A DNA stretch of 64,000 bases from Candidatus Daviesbacteria bacterium. GTDB taxonomy: Bacteria > Patescibacteriota > Microgenomatia > Daviesbacterales > UBA10151. Below, piece by piece: positions 18,275 to 28,303 of this stretch. Under the pieces are notes generated by a model, which saw nothing but the letters and a program-made list of their open reading frames with translations, was not told the origin of the DNA and ran no database searches. Both the position numbers and the translations under genes were made by a program. Location of the stretch: positions 409,671-473,670 of the forward strand of contig JACPDA010000004.1 in NCBI GenBank assembly GCA_016184225.1, written 5' to 3'. The stretch's first letter is position 1; every line of letters starts with the position of its first letter.

Positions 18275-19148
18275 CCAAATCTTCTATTATTTCCTCCCAG
18301 CTTCTGAATTTCATCCCTAACTTTTTTTCAGTTTGTTCAACTTTTAATCCGCCGAATTGAGGATATCTTGACTGGTTATCTTTCAGAAACGGTTCGATAC
18401 TGACAGGTTTGACGACATCCTTTTTGCCCCTGGCTCTTTCTATCAGTAGATTTGCTAATTTATGTGGTGTAAAGAGATTAGAACTGGAAGCATGAAAAAT
18501 TCCGATTGGTCTTTTATGCAACATAACTTCTAAAGTTTCTGTTACTTCATTAATATAAGTCAATGTTAAATATTGGTCGTTAAACATTGGATAGAGTTTG
18601 CCACTGTCATATAAGGTTAGGATCTTTCTCACATAATCAGATTTTAATTCATAATTGCTTCTTACCGGATTAGAAATTCGTAAGATGGCAAAGTTTTTGA
18701 TATTATTTATAATCTGTCTTTCAGCTTCCCTTTTTGTCCATCCATACCACGATAACAGATCAGGATTTTCTTCCGGAGTTTCATCTTCTGAGTAAGGTCC
18801 CGGATTTTCTTTACTGCCGGAGAAAATGACATCCGTAGAGATTGCAATGAAAAAAGTATCAGGATTTAGGGATCGGATCAAATTAGTTGTTCCTTCTACA
18901 TTTACTATCCAGCACGGTGCATTTTTATTATTTCGCTGTTCCTCAGCTTTAGATACGTCAGTAAAAGCTGCAAAATGAATAACAGTATCCGGATCATGCA
19001 TTTTAAAGAAATCCTTTACGGATTTTAGGTTTGTAATATCCAGTTCGTCTTGGGAAGGAGATAAAATAACAATGTTCTTGCTTGATTGATAATTTTCAAC
19101 AAAGTGTGATCCTACTAATCCATTGCTACCGGTAACAAGTATCTTCAT
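18255..19148 (-). CDS. RmlD-like NAD(P)-dependent sugar reductase/epimerase (dTDP-4-dehydrorhamnose reductase family).
   Basis: MKILVTGSNGLVGSH, DPDTVIHFAAFTDV, ISTDVIFSG and YGWTK (YxxxK) follow the RmlD substrate-binding-domain pattern. Confidence 0.6.
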   Translation of the reverse strand: MKILVTGSNGLVGSHFVENYQSSKNIVILSPSQDELDITNLKSVKDFFKMHDPDTVIHFAAFTDVSKAEEQRNNKNAPCWIVNVEGTTNLIRSLNPDTFFIAISTDVIFSGSKENPGPYSEDETPEENPDLLSWYGWTKREAERQIINNIKNFAILRISNPVRSNYELKSDYVRKILTLYDSGKLYPMFNDQYLTLTYINEVTETLEVMLHKRPIGIFHASSSNLFTPHKLANLLIERARGKKDVVKPVSIEPFLKDNQSRYPQFGGLKVEQTEKKLGMKFRSWEEIIEDLATQLSA

Positions 19149-19894
19149 ATATTTTGTAATGGCTTTTTAAAGAGTTCTGTTACAAATCCCATTCTAGCCA
19201 GAATGTAAAACAGCAATATCTTGAATGTGCCCAATGAGTATTTTATACTATTTTTTAAACTGGCCCCCCTTTTGTTACCGGTGTAACTAGTTTCTACAGG
19301 AACTTGGGATACCTTAATTCCGTGATAAACGGCTTGTGCAATTAATTCAAAACTAAATAAATAGTTATTGGAATTTACTTCATAATTGATTTTTTTCAGC
19401 ATTTTCTTAGTATATACTCGGAAGCCCTGATGGAAATCATCTAAATCAACTCTTAGTATTATTTTATCAATAAAGTTTAAGGTTCTGATAGGAATCCATT
19501 TCCAAAAATACATCCCGCTTCGGAGGGGATTATCTAAGGAGGTGAAACGGTTACCCAGAACAAACTCTGATCCAGCTTTAATTTCTTTTAGCGCCTGTGG
19601 GATAGCCGATGTTTTATATTCTCCATCAGGATGAATGTCAATGATTATTTCTGCCCCACTTTCAATAGCCAAATTCAAGGCTCTTTTCATATTTCCTCCA
19701 TAACCTAAGTTAAGAGGGTTTTTATACGAAGTAATCTTTATTTTTTTTGCAAGCTCAAATGTATTATCTTTTGATGCATCATCAACCAAAATGATCTCAT
19801 CTACAAGTTTTTTGGGAAAATTTTTGTAAAATTTTTCCAGAGTTTTAGCTGCATTATAAGCTATAAATACGGCGACTATCTTTCTCTTTTTCAT
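19145..19894 (-). CDS. GT2 glycosyltransferase (DPM1-like).
   Basis: IVAVFIAYNAAKTLE...IILVDDASKDNT...IIDIHPDGE. The listed ORF runs to 20008, but the internal ATG (MKKRKIVAVF) at 19894 removes the head-to-head overlap with the divergent gene at 19917. Confidence 0.7.
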   Translation of the reverse strand: MKKRKIVAVFIAYNAAKTLEKFYKNFPKKLVDEIILVDDASKDNTFELAKKIKITSYKNPLNLGYGGNMKRALNLAIESGAEIIIDIHPDGEYKTSAIPQALKEIKAGSEFVLGNRFTSLDNPLRSGMYFWKWIPIRTLNFIDKIILRVDLDDFHQGFRVYTKKMLKKINYEVNSNNYLFSFELIAQAVYHGIKVSQVPVETSYTGNKRGASLKNSIKYSLGTFKILLFYILARMGFVTELFKKPLQNI

Positions 19895-19916
19895 CTGATA
19901 TATTATATTAGCTTCT

Positions 19917-21737
19917 ATGACTAACTTAAAGACTCTTTTGATCTTTTTATTGACCGCTGTCCTGATTATATTTTTGGGATTCGATTTTCTGAAACCGGCA
20001 TTTGACATAGGTCTTACACCGGAAGATCGGGAATTTATTTTGCGTTACAAATTAATTGGTCAAAACCCTCTTACTAAGATATTGCAGTTTTGGTCAGAAC
20101 GCGGCGCTTATACCACTATTCCGATCTATTATATTGGAATAGTGCAAAGCATAGCAGGTTTTAACTATCAACTTATTCAGTTTATTGGTATGGTGCTTAG
20201 AGTTCTTGCTGCTTTATCAATTTTTCCTTTAACAAACCTTCTTTTTAAAAATATGCCACTCGCCTTTCTTGCAACAATCATATTCGCCTTTAGCTACACA
20301 ACTACAGGGGCGCTGGAAACAGGCGTTGAACCCAGTGAATATTTGGGTCTCTTTGTAATGAATATATTTTTAATTGCTTATTATTTTCTCAATACCAAAT
20401 ATTTTTTAAATATTTGGTGGTTACTTTTAACATCTCTTCTACTATTTGTTGCCGTAATGGCATCAATAATGAGGGTATATCCCATTTTATTTTTTATACC
20501 TATGGTTGAGATTTTTTTACTATTTTCAAACCGCAAGAAATACAAATTTAAGTACCTATTTTACAAACTTTTTATTTTCTATTTGCCTTTTTTTCTTCTT
20601 GTTCGTTTTTCACCTTCTGCAACCTCAGGTCATTTTTCGCTTCCCACAATTTTATTAAAAATCGCTCAGGGTAATTGGCATTTGTTACTAATCCCTTTTC
20701 AGGGATTAGGTTTTATGATACCGGTATATATGGCGTTTTTATTGGGAGGTCCATTGATTATATTTGGTTTAATGAGTTTAATGTTGTCTCTTGTTTGTAC
20801 TACACAGAAACTGCCCTTTTTTCTTAGGGTATTACTTTTGAATTTTGGCCTTGAAACATTAGCATACTGGATAATACAACGAAGATTATTGTCGCCTGTG
20901 GAGCTAAGGATGAATTTTGATGCCGCACATCTCTACCCGATTTTATTCGGCTTATTCATTTTTTCTCTTATGATAAATTCTTTGATTGATTGGTATAGAA
21001 GTGGTAAAAAGAATAATCTACTTTTTATACTGTGGATGGGACCTTTCATAGGATTATTTTTTATAACTATGACCTACATCTTCGCTGGTATAAATCTTTC
21101 TTTCGGAGGTGCACAAGATCATTATCTTCTGATACCAACAATAGGGATAAGTCTTTTTATAAGCGGGATATTGCTGGCAATGTATGAAAGATTGTCGGTT
21201 ACGCGATTTAAATCTATCGGGGGTTTTGCAGTTGTGGTAATTATACTTGCGTTCCTTTATGGGCTCAATAGAGAAAAGACTCACAGCTACTTCACGGGTG
21301 CAAATTATAACGGAAGAGCAGCAGCGGGTCAGGAATTTCTTCAGGGTAAGATAAGAGAAATATTTAGGAATTTGGATTATTCTAAACCAGTATTAGTTTA
21401 TTTTGATACTTCTGATATACCTGATGGAAAGGGCCCTTTTTATTCCGAAGGACTACTAACACCATTTCCAGTTTTGATGTATTTTAGAGGAGAGAATATA
21501 GTTAATGGTTGCATTGGAGTTATTTATGAGAATAGAAAAATGAAGAAGTTGAAAAAAGCTATTAAAATAATTGGTAATCAGCAGGCCATAGTTTATCAGA
21601 CTACATGTGTTGAAAATGGGAAAATAAATATTCAGGATGTTATTTATAAGGCCGATAATTTCTATGCATTGAAAATTAAAGATGAAAATCTTATTAATAT
21701 TAAGGATCAGGTAATTAAGGAATTAAAATTTAGATGA
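19917..21737 (+). CDS. Member 1 of a six-gene paralogous family of polytopic membrane proteins. Putative novel GT-C-like glycosyltransferase.
   Basis: TM1, then DIGLTPEDREF...ERGAYTT loop, about 12 TM helices, then a soluble C-terminal domain with VYFDTSD...GC(I/V)GVIYE...FYALKIKD..LINIKD. See the family finding. Confidence 0.55.
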   Translation: MTNLKTLLIFLLTAVLIIFLGFDFLKPAFDIGLTPEDREFILRYKLIGQNPLTKILQFWSERGAYTTIPIYYIGIVQSIAGFNYQLIQFIGMVLRVLAALSIFPLTNLLFKNMPLAFLATIIFAFSYTTTGALETGVEPSEYLGLFVMNIFLIAYYFLNTKYFLNIWWLLLTSLLLFVAVMASIMRVYPILFFIPMVEIFLLFSNRKKYKFKYLFYKLFIFYLPFFLLVRFSPSATSGHFSLPTILLKIAQGNWHLLLIPFQGLGFMIPVYMAFLLGGPLIIFGLMSLMLSLVCTTQKLPFFLRVLLLNFGLETLAYWIIQRRLLSPVELRMNFDAAHLYPILFGLFIFSLMINSLIDWYRSGKKNNLLFILWMGPFIGLFFITMTYIFAGINLSFGGAQDHYLLIPTIGISLFISGILLAMYERLSVTRFKSIGGFAVVVIILAFLYGLNREKTHSYFTGANYNGRAAAGQEFLQGKIREIFRNLDYSKPVLVYFDTSDIPDGKGPFYSEGLLTPFPVLMYFRGENIVNGCIGVIYENRKMKKLKKAIKIIGNQQAIVYQTTCVENGKINIQDVIYKADNFYALKIKDENLINIKDQVIKELKFR

Positions 21738-23623
21738 ACATGTTAATTAAGATTATTTCTGGACCATTCTCGATTATGATAATGATATTATTAGTTGCGT
21801 CACTCCAATATTTCCTGCTTTATGATTCGCTAACTTTGGGTTTTAAACCCGATGATTGGATATTATATTTCAATTATAAATTACTGGGAAGTGACCCATT
21901 GTCTAAAATTTCGTATGTCTGGTCCCAAAGGGGTTTGTATACTACATACCAGGTTTATTATATGGGATTACTAGATAGTTTATTTGGCCTGAATTATTAT
22001 ATCTTTCATTTAAGCAGTTTGATCTTAAAGATTATTGCAATTCTAGGGTTATATCCTTTAATCAGAATATTTTTTAAGAGTAGATTATTGGCTTATTTGG
22101 TAGTTTTCTTGTTTTCTATTAGTCATTCTGCAGTGGGTCCGTTAGAGTTTGTAGTCAAAGGCAGCGATTATCTTGCAATAATTTGGATGGAGGCATTTTT
22201 ATTAGCATATTATTGGATACAAAACAATAAATTCTTGAGTTGGAGGTATTACTTCATATTGCCGATATTTTTTATTCTTGCATTTTCTTTTTCACCGATT
22301 AGAATGTTTCCTCTCCTTGCGATACCGTTTCTAACAGAAGTTTTTTTGATTCTGAGAAATTTTCATCCGATTACCATTAGAAAATCACTGGTTAAACTCT
22401 CAATCATCTATTCGCCATTTATTATCGCCTTTATACTAATGAAACCTGCTTCTTTGTTAGCTGATGCGTATGGACCAAATGGAATATTGAAAAAGGTTTT
22501 AGATGGTAATTGGTATTTATTGCTAGCACCGTTCTCAGGAATGGGTTACTCATTTATTACAAATGATTATTGGAGAGAAATATTCGGTTTGATCATGGCG
22601 GACAATCTCAAAAATTACCTGAATTTTCTTTTAGGTGGACCGACGGTTATCTGTGGTATGCTAACCACTTTTGTTGTATGGTCGCAAATTCAAAGGCACA
22701 AAATCCTTTTTATTGTTTCCACAATGTTATTGAATTTCTTATTTCAAATCCTGATTTATTTCGTAGCATTTCATCACCGCAAACTGCCTTTTCTACAAGT
22801 AAATTATGATCCAGTCAATTTATACTCTATCATCTTTGGCGGATATATAATCATAATTGGATTCATGATTTTTTTAAACTGGTTAAAGAGTAAGGAAAAA
22901 GATAGGCTTTCAATGGCGTTCTGGATGGGTTCAGCTTTTCTTTTTGTCTTTACTTATTTAACATGGGCTTTTGCGCCTTTAGGCACAGGCTTTAGAGATA
23001 CGAGTTATTACTTAGTCGTGGGATCAATGGGATCATCGCTTATGATAGGAGCCTTTTTGGTTTCGTTCTACAATAAATTAAAGTCCATGACTGGCAGACT
23101 GGGATTTTTAGCATTTGTTGTTTTTTTGATTCTCATTCCGATTTTCAAGATGAGTGGTCAGGAAATCCTTCAAAGTTATTCTTCGTTAAATAGAGACGGA
23201 CGTGGTGCAAATGGGCAAATTGTGATGCAAAAAGAAGCCAGAAGAATGTTGGCTGATTTTAAAGCAGGAGATTATATTCTAGTTTATTTTGATACGTCTG
23301 ACATTACTGGTTTAGGACCATTTTATTCTGAAGGTTTTCTGACGAGTTTTCCTTTTTTTATGCTCCTCCAGAATGGAAAGGTGATTGATGGTTGCATTGG
23401 AGTTATCTACGAAGATAATAGAATGGTGCAACTTATTAAATCGATTCAAATTCAAAATGGAATAACAGGATTCAGTTTTCCTGCTTCATGTGTAGATAAT
23501 GGGAGAATTCGTTCAAAGGATTTATTCTTTACTTTTGATCATTTCTATGCCTTTAGAATTAAGGATAAGAAATTAATTAATATTAAAGAGGAAGTACTTA
23601 AAGACCTGAGGTTTTATAATTAA
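21734..23623 (+). CDS. Member 2 of the family, tandem paralog of the preceding gene. Putative novel GT-C-like glycosyltransferase.
   Basis: GFKPDDW loop motif after TM1. C-terminal VYFDTSDITGLGPFYSEGFLTSFP...GCIGVIYED...FYAFRIKDKKLINIKEE nearly identical in pattern to member 1. ATGA overlap with the upstream gene. Confidence 0.55.
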   Translation: MNMLIKIISGPFSIMIMILLVASLQYFLLYDSLTLGFKPDDWILYFNYKLLGSDPLSKISYVWSQRGLYTTYQVYYMGLLDSLFGLNYYIFHLSSLILKIIAILGLYPLIRIFFKSRLLAYLVVFLFSISHSAVGPLEFVVKGSDYLAIIWMEAFLLAYYWIQNNKFLSWRYYFILPIFFILAFSFSPIRMFPLLAIPFLTEVFLILRNFHPITIRKSLVKLSIIYSPFIIAFILMKPASLLADAYGPNGILKKVLDGNWYLLLAPFSGMGYSFITNDYWREIFGLIMADNLKNYLNFLLGGPTVICGMLTTFVVWSQIQRHKILFIVSTMLLNFLFQILIYFVAFHHRKLPFLQVNYDPVNLYSIIFGGYIIIIGFMIFLNWLKSKEKDRLSMAFWMGSAFLFVFTYLTWAFAPLGTGFRDTSYYLVVGSMGSSLMIGAFLVSFYNKLKSMTGRLGFLAFVVFLILIPIFKMSGQEILQSYSSLNRDGRGANGQIVMQKEARRMLADFKAGDYILVYFDTSDITGLGPFYSEGFLTSFPFFMLLQNGKVIDGCIGVIYEDNRMVQLIKSIQIQNGITGFSFPASCVDNGRIRSKDLFFTFDHFYAFRIKDKKLINIKEEVLKDLRFYN

Positions 23624-25337
23624 TCCTTATTTGTTCAAGCTGCTTTCTTGCCTCATTGGTGACGTTTACCATATTATCTTTCCCCTGCAAATAAAAGGCA
23701 TAAACTCTATCAGTGGGTACTGGTTTTACCGGGTAGCCATAGGCTGGTAAAGCTTTTCCATCTGTGACTGCAGAAATAACCTGATTAAAATTATCCATTG
23801 GAACAGGAATACCCCCATCTTCCTCCCTTATATTATAAAGTATTGCCATACGGGGTGGAAATCCAAAGGTAATAACATCGTGTAAAATCCCTCCGTTGGT
23901 GCCGTCCCCTTCAAAGTAGAAAATAATCGGCTCTTTACTTTTGCCAATCTCCGGGATATGCGGAATTTTATCCCAAACTTTACTGAAAGTTTCCTGGCTG
24001 TGAGAATTTAGCAAAGTATTTATATAAAGACGGCTAGAGGCGATATGAATAATTAGAAAAAGACAAAAGAAGACGAAGAGGGTTACCTGGTGTTTTTTTT
24101 CTTTGCCTAAGCTAATTAAGGCTGCAAAAAGTATGGTAACCCCTATGGCTGAGACTATTAAATAACGGTAAGTGGTGGGGAAGATTGATGTTGGTGCCCA
24201 CCACCAGGCAAAAAAGAAGGAGAGGATAGCCCAGAAGGCTCCTAAAAATAGAGCTTGAGAGCGCAGGAAGCTTATCAGAATAAGGGTGTATCCTCCAATC
24301 AAAAGTGAAAAAATCTGATTTGTGTTATTGAAAGAGTTTTGGTTACCTCTATAGATTAAAATAACCGAAACTCCCCACAACCCTAAAGCAATTAATAGGT
24401 TAATAAAAAATTTAGAGTTGAACTTACCTGCATTTTTGATGATAAAAAAGGCAATAACGGAAAAGATGAGCGTTGTCAATATAAGCATAGGAAGCAGTTG
24501 TCTGATTGCATTAATTTGTCCCTGCGGCCCTATTAAATCAGGAATCAACATACTTCCAAACATCACAACAGGGTAAAAGATAAAATCAAATCTGCCCTGT
24601 GCAAGCATTTGCATATCTTGTGTTAATCCGATCAGGAATCTCTCCATAGGTTCTTGGGGCGGGCCTTGGGATTGTCCGGTAAACCTGATAACTAAAAAGA
24701 TAAATACAATGATTGAAAATCTTAACGCAGCCACTTTTACAACTTTTAGACTTCTTTTTTGAAAAACCCAAAAAAGTTCCAGAAGGAAAATGAAAGGCAA
24801 AGAACCATGCATTCTGATGGGAGTTGTAATATAAGCAAGATAATAAAGCACACCGGCCACTATCAAAATAGGAAGCCTTTTATCCTCTCTTGCTTTAAGA
24901 AAGAAGAAAAGAAACAGATTAAACAGGGCAATGGTAATATAGGTAGGCATATTAAAGACCCAGTTTGTTGCATCAAATCCTATTACTGTAATTGAGAAAA
25001 AAATTACTGCGAAAAAAGAGGCAATCTTGCTTTTGGTGAGATAAAAAACCAAAGGATAAAATGAGAAAGCAGCAACGATTCTGAATGTATAAGAAGTTAA
25101 ATAATACCACGTTGATTCAAAACCAACAGTTTTTTGCATAACTCCCATTAAAATATCCTGGGCGCCATATGGTGTTAAATAGTAAGTTAGATGATTCCAT
25201 GCACCCGGAGATTTTGGTCCCAAATGTTGAAAGTATCTAAAAAAAGCCAGCCAATCGTCTCCAAACAGATTTAAAGAAAAAGTTTGGTAAATGGTAAATA
25301 AGCTAATCGAGATGACAGCAATAAAGAAAATCAGCAT
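23598..25337 (-). CDS. Family member 3 (subfamily Y). Putative novel GT-C-like glycosyltransferase.
   Basis: NLFGDDWLAFFRYFQHLGP after TM1, about 13 TM helices, C-terminal IIFYFEGDGTN...VTFGFPP.MAILY...VYAFYLQGKDNMVNVT. Confidence 0.55.
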   Translation of the reverse strand: MLIFFIAVISISLFTIYQTFSLNLFGDDWLAFFRYFQHLGPKSPGAWNHLTYYLTPYGAQDILMGVMQKTVGFESTWYYLTSYTFRIVAAFSFYPLVFYLTKSKIASFFAVIFFSITVIGFDATNWVFNMPTYITIALFNLFLFFFLKAREDKRLPILIVAGVLYYLAYITTPIRMHGSLPFIFLLELFWVFQKRSLKVVKVAALRFSIIVFIFLVIRFTGQSQGPPQEPMERFLIGLTQDMQMLAQGRFDFIFYPVVMFGSMLIPDLIGPQGQINAIRQLLPMLILTTLIFSVIAFFIIKNAGKFNSKFFINLLIALGLWGVSVILIYRGNQNSFNNTNQIFSLLIGGYTLILISFLRSQALFLGAFWAILSFFFAWWWAPTSIFPTTYRYLIVSAIGVTILFAALISLGKEKKHQVTLFVFFCLFLIIHIASSRLYINTLLNSHSQETFSKVWDKIPHIPEIGKSKEPIIFYFEGDGTNGGILHDVITFGFPPRMAILYNIREEDGGIPVPMDNFNQVISAVTDGKALPAYGYPVKPVPTDRVYAFYLQGKDNMVNVTNEARKQLEQIRINYKTSGL

Positions 25338-25357
25338 GTTTAGATAATACTTGAGAT

Positions 25358-27145
25358 TTAAGGGTTAGACAATAGCTCTTGCAATTTTTGCCGGGTCTGC
25401 CCAGTAATATTAACTAAGTTATCTTTTCCTAAAAGCTGGAAAGCGTACACGCTTTCAATGCTAATTGGTTTGTCTTTGCCAATGGATTTTCCGTCTGAAA
25501 CTGCGGAGACAACTTCTTTCCAGTCGCTCATTGGTTGAGGAATCCTTTCCTCCTCAGAAATTTTATAAAGTATGGCCATATGGGGTGGAAAGCCGAAAGT
25601 TACAGAGTTGCGTAAGATGGGTTCATTAGTGTCATCCTCCTGGAAATAAAAAATAAGAGGTTCAGAGGTTTTACCTACTTGGGGAATATACGGCATTTGG
25701 GACCAGATTTTCTTTGTGGTCTCTTTGTTACGGGTAGTATATTCGACCGCCAAAAAAAGTTTTATATAGGAAGCATGACTTATTTGCAAAATTACCGCAA
25801 TGAACAATAAGATCAGCATACTTTGACGGTTTTTACCAAGACTGATAATTTTTGCCAGCAGCAGCGAGATGCCGACTCCGGAAATTATCAGATAACGGTG
25901 AGAAGTTGGGAATATTGCTGATGTGTTAGCTTGCCACCAGGGGTAAAGATTTGAAATTATTGTCCAGCCTAAAGCGATTAACAAACCGCCTTTTAGAGGG
26001 GTTTCTGCTTTAAGGTAAAGAAACAGATTTAAAACTAATATTAAAAGATAACCACCGATTAAAAGCGCCGATGCATTATTAGCATTAGCAAGAACAAGAG
26101 GGTTAATTTTTAACAGGATTAAGGATAAAATAGCCCAAATAGTCCCAAGTAAGATACCGGTGTAAAAGGACTTAGTTTTTAAATTGCTGATGGTGTGTTT
26201 TGCAACAAACAATATAACTATATAGAAAAAAAAGATCGGCAAAAATATTCTAAAAAGATATTGGCCGGCATTTTCTATCCGCCACCCCTGCGGTTGAAAA
26301 GCATCGGGAACAACAATATTTCCTAAAGTTGCAATGGGATAAAACAAGAAGTCAAAATTACCCGAGGATATAAGTTGGAAACTATGTTTAAGGCCTATTA
26401 AAAGACCGCTAGCAGGGCTTCCGCTAATAGTTTCTTTGAAACCAAGCAAATAGATCAAAAAATAGACAACAAAAAAACCTGAAATCTTTAGTCCAGAATC
26501 AATGAAGTTCCATCTTTTTGTAAAAAGGGCCATTAGTATTTCAAAAAAGATTAGGAAGGGGATAAGACCATGGGCCCTGATAGGAGTTGCCAAAAAAGTT
26601 AATGCAAAGAAAAGATAAATTAACAAAAGAGTCTTTATTTTCTTTCCAAAATTCAGAAATTGTTCGCTGTTTTGGAAATATTTTAAAGAAAAAAACAGCA
26701 TGAAACTAAAGAAGATAATGGAGATATAAGAGGGCATGTTAAATACCCAGCTTGAGGCGCTTATCCCGACTGAGGAAAATAAGAAAAAGAAAACGGCAAA
26801 CCATGCTGCCCGCTTACTTTTTGTTAGAAGGGAAGCCGGAAAGTATAAGGAGAGGGCAGCGATTACTCTTAGCGTATAAGATAATAGAAAATAAATATTG
26901 GAATCACTGCCAAAGGCTTTATAAAGAAAGGCCATAATAGTATCTTGGGATCCATAAGCATTAAGGAGGTATTTAAAGATATTAAAATATTCCGTTGAGT
27001 AAGGCCCCAAATGTTTGGGCGCATCTAAATAATATGAATATCTGAATATGGCAAGCCAATCATCTCCAAAAAGTCCCAAGTTAAAAAAAGGCATAAAGAC
27101 CCAGAGGTTAAGCAGTAATAGTAGAATAGAAATTAGCAGAAACAT
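25358..27145 (-). CDS. Family member 4 (subfamily Y). Putative novel GT-C-like glycosyltransferase.
   Basis: LGLFGDDWLAIFRY after TM1. C-terminal LIFYFQEDDTNE...VTFGFPPHMAILY...VYAFQLLGKDNLVNIT. Closest paralog of 23598..25337. Confidence 0.55.
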   Translation of the reverse strand: MFLLISILLLLLNLWVFMPFFNLGLFGDDWLAIFRYSYYLDAPKHLGPYSTEYFNIFKYLLNAYGSQDTIMAFLYKAFGSDSNIYFLLSYTLRVIAALSLYFPASLLTKSKRAAWFAVFFFLFSSVGISASSWVFNMPSYISIIFFSFMLFFSLKYFQNSEQFLNFGKKIKTLLLIYLFFALTFLATPIRAHGLIPFLIFFEILMALFTKRWNFIDSGLKISGFFVVYFLIYLLGFKETISGSPASGLLIGLKHSFQLISSGNFDFLFYPIATLGNIVVPDAFQPQGWRIENAGQYLFRIFLPIFFFYIVILFVAKHTISNLKTKSFYTGILLGTIWAILSLILLKINPLVLANANNASALLIGGYLLILVLNLFLYLKAETPLKGGLLIALGWTIISNLYPWWQANTSAIFPTSHRYLIISGVGISLLLAKIISLGKNRQSMLILLFIAVILQISHASYIKLFLAVEYTTRNKETTKKIWSQMPYIPQVGKTSEPLIFYFQEDDTNEPILRNSVTFGFPPHMAILYKISEEERIPQPMSDWKEVVSAVSDGKSIGKDKPISIESVYAFQLLGKDNLVNITGQTRQKLQELLSNP

Positions 27146-27154
27146 TTTTAATTT

Positions 27155-28303
27155 TTATACACCGCTAAGTGTCTTAACAGTTTTTACCCATATTCGCATC
27201 GAGTATGCAAGGTGGTGAAAATACCCGCGCGTTGCGGCATTCCAAATAAAACTGTCAAATTTTTGAACAGCATCCTCCATCTGTGATGCCAGACTTAAGT
27301 AGCTTTCCGCGTATGATGATCCCTCCAGTTTAACTTCTGTGAGCCAGTTTAGAATATCTTCCAGGACAATTACACACATAAATTCGTAATTTAAATCCTT
27401 TATCGCGTTATGAGTATTTCTTATGTGGTTTATAATAGGGGATCCGACACGAATATTAAACCCTAAGTGCTTTACGCATGCCTGAGCAAAAAAACCGCTG
27501 AAAATATCGCCGTACCTATCAATAGATAAACCTGATATCGGATACCCCATTTTTACAAACCAGTATGAAGGAATTACTGCTCGGTTTAAGCTGGTATTTT
27601 GGGTATTTATCGGCGTCCAAGTTTTGTTTGCAAGTACTAACGATTTCTTTTTGAAAGAAATAGCATTAGGTTTAACACCAAGCCAGGTAATAGCATCTAC
27701 ATCAGGAGCTTTTAACCACAGACCGGCATTCATATGGATTTCAACATCAGAGTTTTTTTGAGTGTACTTCTCTTGTTTAAATCTGGCAAAGTATGGAAAA
27801 CCTCTCGCGTAAACAACTCCGGGATTTGAAAAATTCAGCAAGCTGCATATATTAAACCAACCATTGCTATCTTGAATAGTGACACTTTTATGCTTCCCTC
27901 TTCCAACCACCTCATGTTCTTTAAAAAAGTCTTTGCCTTTAATGGGAAAGTTATCATCATCTATTGAAATGATTACCTCATCTCCAAGCTCGTATGCCAT
28001 TAGATAACCAACGTTTCTTCTGCTGTCTGAATTATAAGGGACAGTGTTGAATATAGGACCCAGTTTTCTTAGGTATTCATCCTGATCATCTAAAGTGGGA
28101 CAAAGTATATTAAATCCCCTTCTTTTAATGTCTTTGCATTTTTGATAAAGCTCTTTAGGAGTTTTTCTGTCAGGAATAATAATAAGCCTTGTTTGGTCCT
28201 CCACTTTTTCCTCGGTCATTTTTTGGACGTAAGTTTCTAGAAAATTACCTTCGTAGATAGAAGTTGCAACGACTGAGAATTTAGTTTTTCTATCTTTTTT
28301 CAT
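27155..28303 (-). CDS. RGP/GT75-family protein (reversibly glycosylated polypeptide / UDP-L-arabinopyranose mutase homolog).
   Basis: Colinear blocks match plant RGP/UAM as I recall it: LGP.........[22 protein letters not shown] against [47 protein letters not shown] against [29 protein letters not shown] against [35 protein letters not shown] against RYDDMWAGWCVKVICDHLG. Confidence 0.6.
   Translation of the reverse strand: [382 protein letters not shown]

Noticed and set aside
21390-23420. Identical 16-20 nt stretches between the tandem paralogs 19917..21737 and 21734..23623 (for example tagtttattttgatac and ggttgcattggagttat), considered as a dispersed repeat or recombination site.
   Set aside because: These are explained by paralogy: they encode the conserved VYFDTSD and GCIGVIY motifs. 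They are not independent repeat elements.
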